From positions 122,016,001 through 122,080,000 of the forward strand of contig OX597817.1 in the NCBI GenBank assembly GCA_951406725.2: a stretch of DNA of 64,000 nucleotides. Direction: 5' to 3'. The stretch is from Octopus vulgaris (lineage: Eukaryota). Numbering within the stretch: the stretch's first letter is position 1; every line of letters starts with the position of its first letter. Below the pieces are notes generated by a model that saw only the letters and a list, made by a program, of their open reading frames with translations, made no database searches and had not been told where the DNA came from. Below, in pieces: positions 41,529-56,344 of this stretch. Both the position numbers and the translations under genes were made by a program.

Positions 41529-41957
41529 GTATATGATTTGCATATGTATGTAGGTGTGTATGAGTGAGAGTAAAGAACAAAGATACGGCTTACCAATGTT
41601 AGTAGGATGTGTGATTATCCCATCCAAGAATATTCTATTTCTTTGTATCACTGAGCACAAGTCCTTTTATTGGCTTCCGTTTTTAATATAAATCCACACA
41701 AGTTCATTCATGGTAAATACTTCATCTATGTATTCCACAAATGTCATTCATAGGTAAATCTTGCTATTAAATATATATAGTACACATTAAGCTAACGACG
41801 CTTTCTCTACGAGGTCTCACGATTAGCCCGAAATATCCATATGAATTTCCTTCAAGCCTCATTCTACAACCTGGGAAGGGAGGAGACATTTTACATTATT
41901 TACATTATTTACATTATTTACAATTGACGGATATTTGCCCTCGTCTTTTTTGTTGTT

Positions 41958-42002
41958 AACACAACGTTTCGGCTGAAAACCCTCCAACCTTCATCAGGTG
42001 TC
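41958..42002 (-). ncRNA. Minimal (dimer-type) hammerhead ribozyme motif
   Basis: Minus strand GACAC-CTGATGA-A-GGTTG-gagggtttt-CAGCC-GAAAC-GTT-GTGTT: 5-bp stem I (GACAC/GTGTT), 5-bp stem II, loopless palindromic AACGTT stem III. The mirror copy at 42345-42388 has GAAAT and a small deletion. Confidence 0.65.
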
Positions 42003-42179
42003 TTGGGGAAATTTTGAACCTGGGTTCTCATTCGTAAGGTATTTTTCGATGTTGCTGCTGTTGTTGTTGTTGTTGTTGTTGTTCTTCTAATTATTATTCA
42101 GGTAACTGCCTGGGATCGAATTCGGAATCTTAGGGTTAGTAGCTCGCGCTCTTAACCACTACGCTATATGCCCCACAGG

Positions 42180-42297
<118 letters not shown>

Positions 42298-43379
42298 TTG
42301 AACAATACTTTAGGAATGAGAACACAGGTTCGAAATTTTCTCAAGACACCTGATGAAGGCTGGAGGGTATATCAGCCGAAATGTTGTTAACAACAAACAA
42401 GATGAGGACAAATATCCGTCAAGTGTATATAATGTAAATAATGTACATAATTCCACATCTTTTAAATATAGAACTGGAGACATTTTACTTTTGTTGTAGT
42501 AGTAGTAGTATACACAAGGCTTGTAATGATGACTCCCTTGATGAAGTTATAGAAGTAATGATGATAGCAATAGATATCAAGCAACAGGTCGTAGGCGTCT
42601 TGCAAAAGATGGATACCATTAACTTATTAATCAAAGCTGAAAAATTCCTTAATTCAGTATTTATTCTATTGGAAAATTGGTAAGCAAACACGAATCATCC
42701 AAAATACAATATCTACTTAAAAACATAAAGTAAAATTGAGATGCTATCACTTGTCAAAGTACTGAATGAATAAAATTTACAAACAATTTTTATATATATT
42801 TTCTAGAAATCTCAATTCTTATCTATGGATCATTTTCCATAAGTATTAGTAAGTCTTGTCAGCTTTACGTTGAAAAAATTCCCAAACCGTTACAGAAATA
42901 TATTTATTCGTCAAATAAGGGATGAAATGTATCAATGTTTTTGCAGCGCAAATCAGGGCAACGTTTTCGATTCTCAAGTATATGCCCCTTTATATGTAGC
43001 TGGAAGGAAAAAGTACCTAGCGAAGTAAACGCTTCTTCAAAATTTAATTCTAACAGCAAAAATAATGTGTGCTTAGGTATATTTGCATAATTTTAAATAT
43101 TAGAATTATTAACATAAGTGAATGGTTTTGAATTCCGACTGTTATTGTTGGTTTATGAATAATTAATGAAATTAATGATATACAGATCAAAGCAATATGT
43201 TATTCCCATGATATTACTGTATTTAATCTCACGAGTAAATAACAGTGCTTATCATTCACGAAGATATTGATGGAGCACTTGTGACGATTTGTCACTTGGT
43301 TTTGATTAAGTTGAAAGCAATTAAGTGGAAACTAGATTCTGGATAATTTAGTCAGGGGTAAAATACTTCAGTTGCATAC

Positions 43380-43900
43380 TATTGCTGAAGGCGTTTTGCA
43401 GAAGAATCTAGATTGGAAGAAATCATTCAAGCTGTTCTCTGCTTCTCTGATAAAACATTAAACAGGACAGAAACTAACATTCTTGTTAAGGCTCATAAAC
43501 TATGTTTTAAGATTTCTACTCTAGCATGTGTTTACACATAATGAAACTGAATTTAGTAATAGATCAATTTCAGGAGCACTTCTGGTATGTACTTTCTCAT
43601 GTACACTATTCTCCGCAAGAACATTAGATTTATAAAATTCGTTACTATAGATCAAAACTGGGGTCGGTTGTTAGCTTTCTGATACCAGATATATACCATC
43701 AGGAATTAGGAGGCTATATGTTTTCACTTAGCTGTAAACAGTTCTGTTATAGAAACTCATTCCTAGTAACTTATACAGACTGTATGCCATGCGTGTGTCC
43801 AACTTCATTGTACGTCAAGTTTACTACCATTTTCAGTTGCAAGAGTTTCACCAACAAGGACACTTTTACATAGAGCCGAAATAAAAATGTCCACGATTAT
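43380..43900 (+). mobile_element. Possible decayed BEL/Pao LTR-retrotransposon pol fragment
   Basis: LLRLINYVLRF (ttgttaaggctcataaactatgttttaagattt) resembles the BEL LLRVTAYVLRF motif; a downstream GRL and LLPFSVARVSPTR (like the LP..RV.P..PF that precedes integrase) occur in the expected order. Frames broken. Confidence 0.4.
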
Positions 43901-46824
43901 CTACATATGTCTTCAGAACGGTAGCATCGGTAGGACATTGGATACAGCAGACTATTCAGTGTTTCTTTCTTTTAGTTTAGGTTCTCAGTTTAAAATATTA
44001 CTAGAAGTGATTCGTCTTTCATCATTTTAGTGTAGATAAGAGAAATACAAGAAAAAGACCAACAAGTGTGTAGCCTTTTATTTGAGTTCAATGTATTTAT
44101 ATTTAATTTCGCCCCTTCTGTGTTAAAATCTCTATGATGATATTGATATGAAGTAGCTAATAATAAAATGATAAAGTTAATTTTATTGACTGATTTTTTC
44201 TTCAAACAACCCTAATTATTTAAATGCATTTATAAAGTCGATAGCTTATGTGAGGTTGGCTCTTAGAATTCTATGACAAACTTCAGTTTGGTACATTTTA
44301 AATATGAAGAACAGAATTTTGTATCTGCACGACTTTCAACTGCTTATTATCCATTTAAATTGTGAAGAGGTAACCAAGAGTTTACCATGCATGTACATAA
44401 GAATTAAATTTGTGTCATAAAAATGACAACATTTTATATAGTGGTGACATTTAAAAATGTCAAAGTTTATAACATTCTTCGTGTAGATGAGTAGACAAAT
44501 AACTTCTGGTTTGGAGGTTTTCAATAACTATTAAGTGAACCTCAAATGTGATTATACATCTTATAGGTCAACGATTAGAATCTATTTAATGACTATAACA
44601 TTTTCTCCATTTTGCGCTGAATTTTAGAATACATCAAATCAAATCTATAGAATTCTACGCTGATGTAAATACATTCCGTGCTAGAAATACATCTGTGGAA
44701 GAAAAATACATAAAAACTATAACCAGCTTTATGGAATAGTTTATCTTGACATTTCAAAATATTTGAACTGTAAGTACAATTGACATTGGAAATGTAATAA
44801 ATGTTGTGCAAAGTTTGGATTTGCTTTGTTGGAAGGCTAACAGAAAAACTTTTAGGTTGAATTGTCAGTTAAAATATTCTCAGAAATGTTGAATTAAGTC
44901 GGGGATCATACGACCGTATATGTATAAGCGCATATAATAAAGTAAGAATGTTTAGCGTTCCAATACATGATTCACTGGAACGCTGCCACCAGTATATCAC
45001 TTGTAGACTGACTCAAATAGAAGCCAGAAATTCAACACGATAGTTTAAGCCTGTAGTTTTATTAATACGAATTCTTTGTAGATAAAATATATACTGCAAA
45101 TGTTATCTTTATCTGATATATCCTAAATAATATTTACATTCGTTATGTATGATTTAATTTTTACACTATGCCTATAGTGTTTCTTTGAAATTCTCGAATA
45201 TCCGCTGAATAGTTATTTAGAAACCGATACAAACTATGTCATGCGATATAATCATTACCCTGCCAGTAGGAGTAGTGTGGCTTGCAAAGGCTCTTTACGC
45301 ATACACTTTTCAAGGTAACGAGAAATCAGAAGAATGTAAATCAGGATTCAACAATTTTGCGATGCACGTTTTTCCCGATATTATAAACGGTTTTTGGTAG
45401 CTAGTCACTTCTCGTAATTATATTGGCTTTATAACATTTATTAATAAGGACTATCTTTTAATCTTCTTTGTTTTGGTTGTGAAAACTATTATATTTTTGT
45501 AGTTGTTTTAAGAAGAATGAAATATCTACGTATCCGCTAGATTTGTTAGATAGAGCAGGTGAATATTTTTTTTAATTCACTCCCAACTATGTTAAAAAAT
45601 CGTACCCTGCTGTACACTTTGTAATCCTCAAGCAAAGATGTCAGGGTTCGAACGCTTTTGATCGGTCAGCTAGGGTTGGGCATGATACATAACGACAGCA
45701 AAATCCAGAACAGTTTCATCTCGTATCTTAATGAAGTGGTCGTGTCATTGTCAATAATATGTTTTAGTATCTTTTAATATCTTCTCTAGATACTAGTTTA
45801 TATAAAGAACCTACGACAACTACTTTGACTGCGGCAGAAATCTTTTTACAGGTTTCAACTTCGTGCATTACGAAGACATATTTTTCCAAAGAATGTCCTT
45901 ACAATAAAGAAATATTCAGTACCAATATACTTGCTCTTTACGAATAAATTTACTTCATTTCATTAGCATTAATTGCCTTGCGTTACTGAACGCGTACGTT
46001 TAGCGTGAAGAGCCCTTCAGAAATTCCGTTTTTTTTTTTTGTATTTCATTCGTAAACGGATGCTCGATATAAACAATCCTGCCTCAGCTCATTCAATTTC
46101 TCATGAATTTTTCATTTTCTTTTGTATTCATATTCTTAATTGCCGTGTGATTAAATGCAACTCCTCTGGCAAAAGATTAAAGTTAAATATTGTCCATCCA
46201 TTGTTCACCCAATAAATAATTACCCGGCAGCTGCTGTGTATACATTAATAATACTTTTGATACCATAGCAACAACAAGACTCACTGTTATTGTAACAATA
46301 GTTGCTTCACTTATTGGTACATATTAGCCATTCTAGTTCTTAAATTATTCTCGTTAGATGTGATCAGCGACCCAACATGTACTGTCATTTAATTCTATTC
46401 GTTCTAAACAACATGCTTTTATATTTCTTACACTCCGCAAAGGAACAAAATAAAACAATATAGCCATCTCTATTTTGCAGAGAAATACTTTATAAATGTG
46501 TTCCTTGTCAATTTACATGAGACATTACCTTCAGCTTATTCTCGCTGCAAACCTATTGGTGTTGCGACTCTATAAGGAAGCTTATACGTAGGCGTTAGAC
46601 CACCGTAATGTCGTTGTCAAAGCATTTATCAATCAAATTTATAAACTTGCATAAAGGAAGTAAGCAATAAATAATATTGAGATGTATGTATACGACCTGA
46701 AAATAGGACAGTCATGACTTTTTGATAAAAATGCCAGCTCAGTTAAAACAACAACGTATTGACAACAGTCATTCAATCTCTCAATTTATTCAGTCTGTGT
46801 TATGAACGATTAATGATAATATTT

Positions 46825-46960
46825 TTTCTACTGTAGGCACAAAGCCTCAAATTTGTGAGTGTGGATAAGAGTCAGTCGATTACATCGAACCCAGTTCTCA
46901 TCTGGTACTCATTTTATCGACACCAAAATAATGAAAGGCAAAGTCGACTATGGCGTAAGT
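46825..46960 (-). mobile_element. Partial family A-related SINE
   Basis: ctggtactcattttatcgacaccaaaataatgaaaggcaaagtcgac is the reverse complement of the family A central domain. Confidence 0.7.
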
Positions 46961-47597
46961 TGGAAGAAATGCAGCTAGGAATTGTTCGACGCGGTATGGA
47001 TTGCACCATCCCATCATTCTCATTTGGCGGCTACAAGCCAACAGTGTTTTGTGTTTGGTGTATTTGATCCATATTAATGTAGTCCATGCACGTACTTGTG
47101 CTATTAATCCCGGGATGATACACTAGGCGAATGAACAGAAAGAGATATTTCTAAAAGATTTCTCGTTATATTTGGTTATCCATAGAGATTCGGGACGACA
47201 GCTATTCCCTTTGCTGTAAGATCTTTATTGAATGAATTATTCTATCCTCTACAAGCTCTATTGCATGGGGGGAGAGACTTTTTATGATGTGATAGGTTTA
47301 GCAATGTCAGTGATGAAAAATGTCTACGTCTATTCGAGCTCCTTTCTACAATTTTTCCGGTTATCTTTTATCTACATCTTAGTAATGCGAGACATGAACA
47401 CTACTTTTTTATCATCATAATGTTAGTATAATGCGTCAATATTTTATAGAGTGGGGATAAGATAGTTACTTGATAACAACGCAGTACTTCAATGCTACTG
47501 TTGCAAACTCCAGCGAGGTTTCAATAATTAACTGACACACATGTCATTAATATCAAGTTATCAAAATGTTCTGTTAGCAGCTCAAACAATTATACTG

Positions 47598-47931
47598 AAG
47601 AAGAAGAAGAAGAAGAAGAAGAAGAAGAAGAAGAAGAAGAAGAAGAAGAAGAAGAAGAATATGAAGAAGAAGAATATGAAGAAGAAGAATATGAAGAAGA
47701 AGAAGAAGAATGATGAAGAAGAAGAATATGAAGAAGAAGAATATGAAGAAGAAGAATATGAAGAAGAAGAATATGAAGAAGAAGAATATGAAGAAGAAGA
47801 ATATGAAGAAGAAGAAGAAGAAGAAGAAGAAGAAGAAGAATATGAAGAAGAATATGAAGAAGAAGAAGAAGAAGAAGAAGAAGAAGAAGAAGAAGAAGAA
47901 GAAGAAGAAGAAGAAGAAGAAGAAGAAGAAG
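47598..47931. repeat. (GAA)n microsatellite with a higher-order 15-bp unit (GAA)4TAT
   Basis: Visible directly; gives the poly-K/E/S ORFs. Confidence 0.95.
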
Positions 47932-49126
47932 ATATCACGACGATGAGGAGGAGGGAAGAAAGAGGCAGATTCTATTATACTTCGAAAAAGAATTTATGGC
48001 AGTTTAGAAATAGCTGACATTATTTTCAGACCTACCTGTTTTATGCTGCACAACATTCATAACTTTGATACTTCAGTTCTTTTATAGATAATATTTTTCG
48101 ACTAGAGCAATGTAGTTACCCATACATATTGTTTTATGAACTCCACTTAGACCCATTTTTTAACTTCCTATTAGTCTCCTCATAAAAGAAGTGTATTAGC
48201 TTTTTATCGCTCTTACATATATAACTTTTGATTAGCTCAGACGCAAATCACACTTCGTAAGTACTGAACATTCTTAATTTTTATCTCAGATTGATTTTCC
48301 GATCGGAATAAATTATACGAACGAAGAAAATTGAAAATGCTAGTTAAAAACTTCCTTGGTGATTTATTTAATCAATATTCAGGAAAGGAGATACTTGTTT
48401 CGTTTTATTTTTTTCTTCTTTATATTTTGCGGTATCATTTTTATTAAATTACTTAAAAGCATCCATTAAGAGATACCCGTTTCAACAACTACTTTTGCAA
48501 CGATTCAGCAAGGGAGCCTTTACGTAACCGGATAGAAATAACATCCAAAATTCGCTCAAATTAGACTCTACTGTCTAAAGACAAAATACATTTTATGGTG
48601 TAATCTGCAGCACACAATTCTTAGAAGAAAAAAAAAAAAAAGACAGGCTACTTAAAGCAAGGAATGCGTTTGCATTTAACGTTTGCGTCATCAGAAATTA
48701 ACTGAGTTAGAACAACTTCACATCGTGTTTTCTACTCTTTTGGACAGAACGACAGGAAAAGGATACAAAAAGAAGAGCGAGAGAAGAAAGAGTGAGAGAG
48801 AAAGACAGTGAGAGAGCTAAAATTTCCTCAGTGCGTTTTCACTCTGTTAGACATTTACTATGTCCAGGACATAACTACTTTCGTTTTTTACCTTATATGT
48901 AACAGATATACAAGTATTACCTCAGAGATCTAAACATCGTGATGGAGTGTTTCACTCCAGAATTATCTTAAGGTAATGCTCTGTCGAGAATCCGATGTCA
49001 TCATGCTTGTATTCTTTTGACATGCGAAGTGAATAACTCTATCGAAAGATTAATCGATGTTAGAGTCGAGCTATTTGTTTACATATAATAATAATGATGA
49101 TGATGATGATGAGAAATAATAATAAT

Positions 49127-50375
49127 CTAGAACTCAACGAGATAATGGAAAAGGAAATGAAACAGCAACTGAGGATGGAGTGTTTCCGAAGACTGAGGTT
49201 GGTGGTGCGCTCAAATTGACTGGATGGAATAAAATACAAGCACTTCGGTAATGGAGCGGGAATTATAAAATGGCAAAAGAGAGAAATGAAGAAAATGGAT
49301 ACCAAGACCAGAAAAATGTTGCCAGTACACCGAGCCTTCCACCCTAAGAGTGACACCGATAGGCTGTACTTGTCCAGAAGAAAGGGTGAGAGAGAGCTTC
49401 GATCAGTTGCCAGGACTGTATTGAAGCAGAAGAAAACAACTTAGGGTGGTATATAAAAAATGCCGTGGAATACACGAAGAAGTCCGGCGTCAGCAAAACT
49501 GAAAATTGTGTCACTAAAGAAGAATTTAAATAAGGAATGAACAAAAAAAGCATGGTAGGAAACAATGTACGGTCAGTTTGCAACAGATATGAACACGAAG
49601 ACAGATACAGAGGACCGGTGGCTATGGATAGAGAGGAGTGACCTGAAGATAGAGACAAGCATTCATACGCGTAGCTCAGGAACAAGCGTTAAGGACCAAT
49701 TATATGAAGTACATAATACACAACACTAACGATAGCGACAAATGCAAAATGTGTGGTGATGGGGGTGAAACGTTATGGTACATCGTTAGCGAATGTCCGA
49801 AGTTGGCACAATACAAATATAAAAGATGTCACGACAATGTGGCAAGAATGATCCAGTGGGAGCTCTGTGGAAATCATGGCCTACAAAGAGCAAAGATGTT
49901 GTATGAGAAAGCTCCAGAAGCAGTCACCGAAAAATAGAATTGCAAAGTCCTGTGGAATGCAATGATCCAGGGCGATCATCTGACCAGACATCGGAAAGTG
50001 GACATTGTTGTTGTGAATAAAGAAGAAAGAACATGCATGAGAATCGACATAGCATGCCCCGGTAACAACAGGATCAATGCGAAAGAAGGAAAAATAAACA
50101 ACTACGACGATTTAAAGTGGAAAATACGAATGTTGTGGTCATTGAAGACAGTAGACGGTGCACTTGGAAGTATCAGCACTCGACTGCCAGCATGGCTGAA
50201 AAGATCGGTGCAAGAGTGAAGGTAGAACAGCAGCAAAATTTAGAATTGCTTAGAACTACAAGAATTCTTCGCAGGGTTCTTGAAGCATGACCAGTAAACA
50301 ACTGTCACCTTAGTCTGCTGGCTGAGGACAGCTGACACTTTCCATCATACCCAGGAAAATAAACTGTGAGTTTTC
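49127..50375 (+). mobile_element. Second 5'-truncated R4/Dong-like LINE (different subfamily)
   Basis: HPKSDTDRLYLSRRKG, CKMCGDGGETLWYIVSECPKLAQYKYKRCHDNVAR, DIVVV...IDIACP, GALGS. Flanked by (TAA/TGA)n at 49086-49126 and (TAA)n at about 50385-50475. Confidence 0.9.
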
Positions 50376-50389
50376 ATATATTAACGATG

Positions 50390-50458
<69 letters not shown>

Positions 50459-50567
50459 TCAAAGTAATAATAATAATTTCATGAGAGAAGGTCCTATTTC
50501 AATGAAACAATCGTACATTGATGTAATAGAAAGACTTGCTCACCACATTCACTTTATGTATGTGTAT

Positions 50568-50604
<37 letters not shown>

Positions 50605-53600
50605 ATATACATACATACAAACACATGTATATATGTATAAAGTACAAATGCATTAAAAAAAACTATTTAGTAAGTTCTTTGTGTATTTTCTTTTTTCCGT
50701 CTTTCATATTTGGTATATATAATTATAGTCATAATTTTATTTTGCAAGTACTAAATTACATTACATTATGTTTAGATTTTACTAACAGAAGATTTTACAT
50801 CCAGAAGATATACATTTTAAATTTAGACAATGTTTCCATTACGATGTCTGGTATAAAATAAAAAGCATAATTTAAGAAATGAAATTCAAATTACAGGACA
50901 AGCAATTGAAAACATCATCTTGTTTTTATTGAAAATATTGAACCACTTACAAGCGCATATACATTAATTCCAGATAATTTCTAAGCTATTTTCCAAAGCG
51001 TATTATATTGTAAACAACATTCTGGATTCGTCCTTGCATAGAGGAAGAACTGTTTACAGTTAAATTATCTTATTTGGATAAAAATTTCGTCACCATATAA
51101 ACATGGGTGATAAGAGCTGTCTACATAGTACAAAGTAAATGCGAGATTAATAACCATGTTGGTTGGATCCAAATAAATCAAACGGAATATTACTAAAATA
51201 TGCTATGTATTTCCAAGCGGTTCCGTGAACTGCACTGCATTGGTTTTAATGTGAAGGAACGGGACGATGCCAGCCAGTAGATATAAACGCATTATCTAAG
51301 TGATTGCAGACAAATATTTTATTCATTGAACAATTTACAATTTGCATGAAGAAAGAAAAATTTATAGTACTGATTAATTACTATTCATTGAATTAACTCG
51401 TCATACATTCACTATATATAACAAATATATGTCTGGAACTAACATCGTATACCTTGATGCAGTTTTATGGAACTGTATTTCGTCGAAATGTGTATGCTGT
51501 TTTTAAGCTATTATAAGACTGAGTTTATATGTAAAAATTCTTTTGATGGCTTTGTTCTGCAGTATATTCAAATGTTCACAATTTCCATATATTGTAGGAT
51601 AAAATATATTCACTCATGAAACCGAGTTTTGTTTTCATCCCAGTTGAAAAGGGTTGATCGCGTATTGATTTAAACTTTTGATCACAAGTACATAAAACAA
51701 CAGCGTCGAATCGTTTTATTGAATTATTTCATGTAGTATAGAAATGATTAGCCTATATTTTGTATACATGTCAATTGAAACACGAATGTAAAATATTGTT
51801 GCCATCAGTAATGAAATATATACTTGCATGAGATAATAAATCAATGAAAATAACAGGAATAGTCCTTTAATATTTTGTGGAAGGGCTAATAATAATGAAA
51901 TTGAACGAACGGAACTTTATTATTTTCAGTAAATAAGGAAGTAAAAAGAGTTTAGAAAGCATTTAGAAACATTTAAATGCCAAGGCCTGAATGTAGTTAC
52001 AAACTATATGGAAAACTATAAACATTGACGCATACGAAGGTCCCTTCAATTCAAACCTATAATCATGTGATTTATATATTTCAGAAAATGCATTTTAAGA
52101 ACACACATACACAGATGCATGCAGGTATGTATGTATGCATATATGTACGTATGTATGTATGTATGTATCACGAATGCATGTATGAATGTATTCATATATG
52201 TTATGACTCTTTTAGCCGTTGCATTCACTACTAGAGCCTTATTTCTGGTTAACAAATATGTCAGCTCGGATCGAGCAGACGTAATCGTAAGTGTTCGAGG
52301 CATAACTATCCCATTTGTTTCTAAACTTATTACATTGAGAATCAACATTATTCTATATATTCTGATATTTTAAAGATATTCGTTTGTAATATTCCAGCAA
52401 TTAAGCAACAGGGTTTTGCACGTAGAGGTTGTGTTGCTGTTCATCCGTAGAATTCACATTTGTTTATAGTTTACGAATAAAACAGAATAGAGAGAGTACC
52501 TATTGAGATTATACCTTTGCAGAGAGTCATGTTCTGCTGAAATAATTTCATGTTAACCCAAATATTTATGAATACACAAATTGATTCAAATGTAGGTTTA
52601 AACAATATAATTTTTCTGCTGCTAACAAGGAATTACTGCAAAATGTTATAACAAAATGTCGGTTTTGCGATTGTGAAGGAATTCGACCTGATGCCACAAA
52701 AAGCGTGTTTTTTATTGTGAAAATCATTTAATAAAGAGACAATGAAATACAGATTATATTTTTGCAGTGAACGCAGCACCAGTAAAAGACTAGTTTATTA
52801 ACTAGATACAATACACACACATACTTAATTTCTATTAATACTCTGTATATTTCGCATTAAGTATAACAGTGGCGTTGATTCTGTCATTTTTCCCATGGAT
52901 ACAACACAAATTCAAAACCTCAAACAACGCATAATCGTTGCTGTCTAGCAGTACATGATACGTAGGTATCACACATTAGACCAAAATAATTCATGAATTA
53001 ACATCATAAACTGAGACAAATTTTAAGTTTATAGTTTTCTTACTAATTTGCGTGAGTTACATGAGAAACATTTGAATAAGAAAAAGAAAGACAAGACAAA
53101 CCTAAAATGAAAGAGTATCTAATACAAAGAAACCATTTAGGAAGCTATAAAGTTGAATAGATATCAAGTTAAACACTAAATACAGATTAAATTCATTACT
53201 TTATCGCTTTGAACGTATAATAAAAAAAATAGAAAATTTATATTGAATGTATAAAGACAATATACAAAATATATTCAAAGCAACCTATTTCCCATTAAAA
53301 ATACACCTGAATGTATCATTCGTGCTTCAAAGAGTAAATGTCTCATGTCGAATTATATAGTAAATATTTAGTCAGTCATTCGGAAATCTTTGTACTTACA
53401 TTTCATTCAAACAATCAATCGATCCACACGTTCGGGTATTATGGGACATGATACGATTGAAAATAAATTTGATTAAGAATTAAAGTATATAGTCGTCCAA
53501 ATCTCCAGCTGAGAGAACCGAATGATAACATTATCTACTTCTCTTGGCCAATGTAGTGTAACAGTACATCGCTTATAACTTTGGCTTCAGCAATTGTAAT

Positions 53601-54489
53601 ACCATATAATATTTAATAGTCTTCATACTAATCAATTCTTCAAGTTGAAATGTTTTATCAACAAAATTTCTTAATTTTTACACTTTTACACATGAGTGTA
53701 AACAATTTTATTCTAATATCGTACTAGATTAGATATGAAATGGTATTTATTGTTTTTACATTCGGAGTTCAAAACCTACTGACGTCTACTTTATCTTCCA
53801 CCCATCGGGATCAATTAAACAGTGTACATGAATCGATTTAATGAGCTATAAGCTTTTCCCTAAAAGTGTGGTCTTGTGTGTATGTTAGAAATCGATATTT
53901 TCTCATTCATTCGGAAACTTTTGTGGTTATACATTAGCTAGATATTCGATGTTTCGTTAAGCTCAAGCATAATGAGATATTTCCTTTCTGTGATGACATT
54001 AAAAGTAAAAATAACTACAATAAAACCATATTGTTCATCAGTTTCTGAAATGGTCGATTCTAAATTAAGAAACTTCTTTTTCAAGTGATATTGTTAAAGA
54101 AATATACCAGTTTCAATGTTAATATCTGCTATAAAATGAAACTGCCTGTATGCAAATCCATTCATAGAGTTGAAGCTTCTAACCGGTACTCTTCAATTTA
54201 GAGTACAAAATATAGCATATCCGTATGTTCTTCCATGAGTAAGCTTTGGCTGTGTGAATTGAAGTAGAAGAATATGATAATGTGAGGACGTGATAAAATT
54301 CATTTGATCCGCTGCACAAATACACAAATTCGTTTTCTTGAACCATGATCACATTATATTAAGTTTTCTTTGTCCTTAAGACCCAACCAAAAACCATGCC
54401 TTATTAGAATTAATATTTCTTTACTAAACACATTACAAAAACTTAGATGACATAAAAATCCTATGTTTTATATGTCTTGTAAATATTGG

Positions 54490-54690
54490 TTTCAAATTAT
54501 TAGCAGAAAGACATCAACGTTGGGGGTGAGAGTAAGTATTTAACTGGTACTTATTTTATCGACCCCGAAGGAACGAAAGGTAAAGTTGATGAAAGGTAAG
54601 GTGGAATTTGAACTGAGAACGTAAAGACGAACGAAGTGCTGCTAAACGTTTTGCTTGGCGTGCATACAACTGTACCAGCTCGCTGCGTTA
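54490..54690 (-). mobile_element. Degenerate family A-related SINE
   Basis: actggtacttattttatcgaccccgaaggaacgaaagg...ggaatttgaactgagaacgt...ccagctcgctgc. Confidence 0.75.
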
Positions 54691-56206
54691 TGTCTTTTGA
54701 ATAGAGCAATTGTATAGAGACCACATAGCAAAATCGTCTAACCGAGAATGAACCACTCTTTTATTACACAATTCAAAATTTTAATTATGACGTTATTACA
54801 TTAGTATACACTCCTACTTAGTTTAGCTTAAAGATCTGAGCATGAGCTTAATTGTTTCAGTTAACACTAGTAAACACTAATGTTGTTACGAATCTCAGTA
54901 AACAGAAACAAATATTTTAATATTATTCTTACTATTGTATCTTCTACCCAGCCCAGATGAACATAAATAAACACACACAGAGAAATAATTAAGGCATCGA
55001 TAACAACGATAGTTCCAAACACTGAAGAGGCGACACACAACTCTATTAATGAATAAAGAGCACACTGACGGGGGTCAGCTTAGTCACTTACGCTGTGTCT
55101 AGCAGTTAAATGTTTGTCTCACAGAAATAGACTAGTCAGGGAAACATATACTGTTAAACTCTCAAACTGTACCTCATAAGAAGTGGTGGCTATTGAGATA
55201 ACTTTGATGACAGGTTTTCTTAATCAGAGATTATCTGGGATTAAATAGCGTCATATAATTCATCTGTGATTGCTTCTCAAGTTTTGTGTTGGCCTGTAAC
55301 TCTGTCGACCGATGTGTTTTTCTTATGATCAAGCCTCATATGATCAAGCTTCATATAGCTTTAAAATATACGAAAGTGTACTACAACTCCCTAACATCGT
55401 AAAAACCCTATTTGAGCAATCATTACAGGAAGAAAATAGAATAAACATGCAGTAAACGTAAATAATTTCATTAGCGCCAAGTTATAGGATACAGAGCTAT
55501 CCTGTTATGTTAAGATATAGACCTATCCAACTTGACCTAACTCCTCTAAAGTAACCACCAGAACATACAAAGTTTGTATACAAATACAAACTGAACAAGT
55601 AGAAAAGTCAACATATCCAGACAAATACATTGTCGATGGAAGATGTCAGGTAAGTCTCTACACTTATTCAAAATCGCACAATCTCTAAATTGTGGCTACT
55701 CGTTTTCATACCGAATAACTGCAGTTTGGATTATCATATCTGACCAGGCACTAAACAAAATATGAGCATGAACCATAAAAAGCAACTTAGTGATGAAATC
55801 AAATTTTGGCACAAGAGCAACAATTTTAAGGAGAGGGTTACTTGACTGTTACTTTATGTTATGGACTTCCGAAAGAATGAAAGATAATTCGACCAAAGTG
55901 GAATTTTAACTGAAAGGTAAAAAGCCGTGAGAAATGCCGTTAAACATTTTGTTCGATGCGCTAATGATACTGGCAGCTAACCGCCTTATTCTTCAAACTT
56001 TGAGCAGAAGGCAAGCAATTACAGGCTGGCTGGGAGTTTATTATATCGATCCCAGTTCTTGGCTAGCACTTTATTTTATCGAGACCGCGAAAGGATGGAA
56101 TGCAAAGTTGATCTCGGTGGTAAAGAACCCAAATAAATACTTCACAAGGCATTGTTTAATCTCAAAAGCTTATACCCATCCAACTTTTTGAAACAACATC
56201 AACATG

Positions 56207-56344
56207 TACAACAACAACAACAATAATGATGATGATGACGATGATGATGATGATGATGATGATGACGATGATAATAATGATGATAATAATGATGATAATA
56301 ATAATAATGATGATGATGATGATGATGATAATAATAATAATAAT
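56207..56344. repeat. Compound (AAC/GAT/AAT)n microsatellite
   Basis: Visible directly; gives the poly-H/S/Y ORFs. Confidence 0.95.

Noticed and set aside
46529-46696. Minus-strand exon candidate (ttttcAG...GAAG|GTAATG)
   Set aside because: Short pyrimidine tract and a stop in the longest frame; indistinguishable from chance.
47541-48017. 158-aa poly-K/poly-E ORF
   Set aside because: Entirely explained by the (GAA)n tract; open in several frames and on both strands.
48520-48720. Old dispersed repeat, with similar-looking pieces near 7180, 11075, 33600, 38440, 55060 and 61390
   Set aside because: Similarity is visible only loosely by eye; boundaries and class cannot be supported without alignment.
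55621-55655. Strong + strand donor CAG|GTAAGT
   Set aside because: No credible upstream acceptor or coding context.
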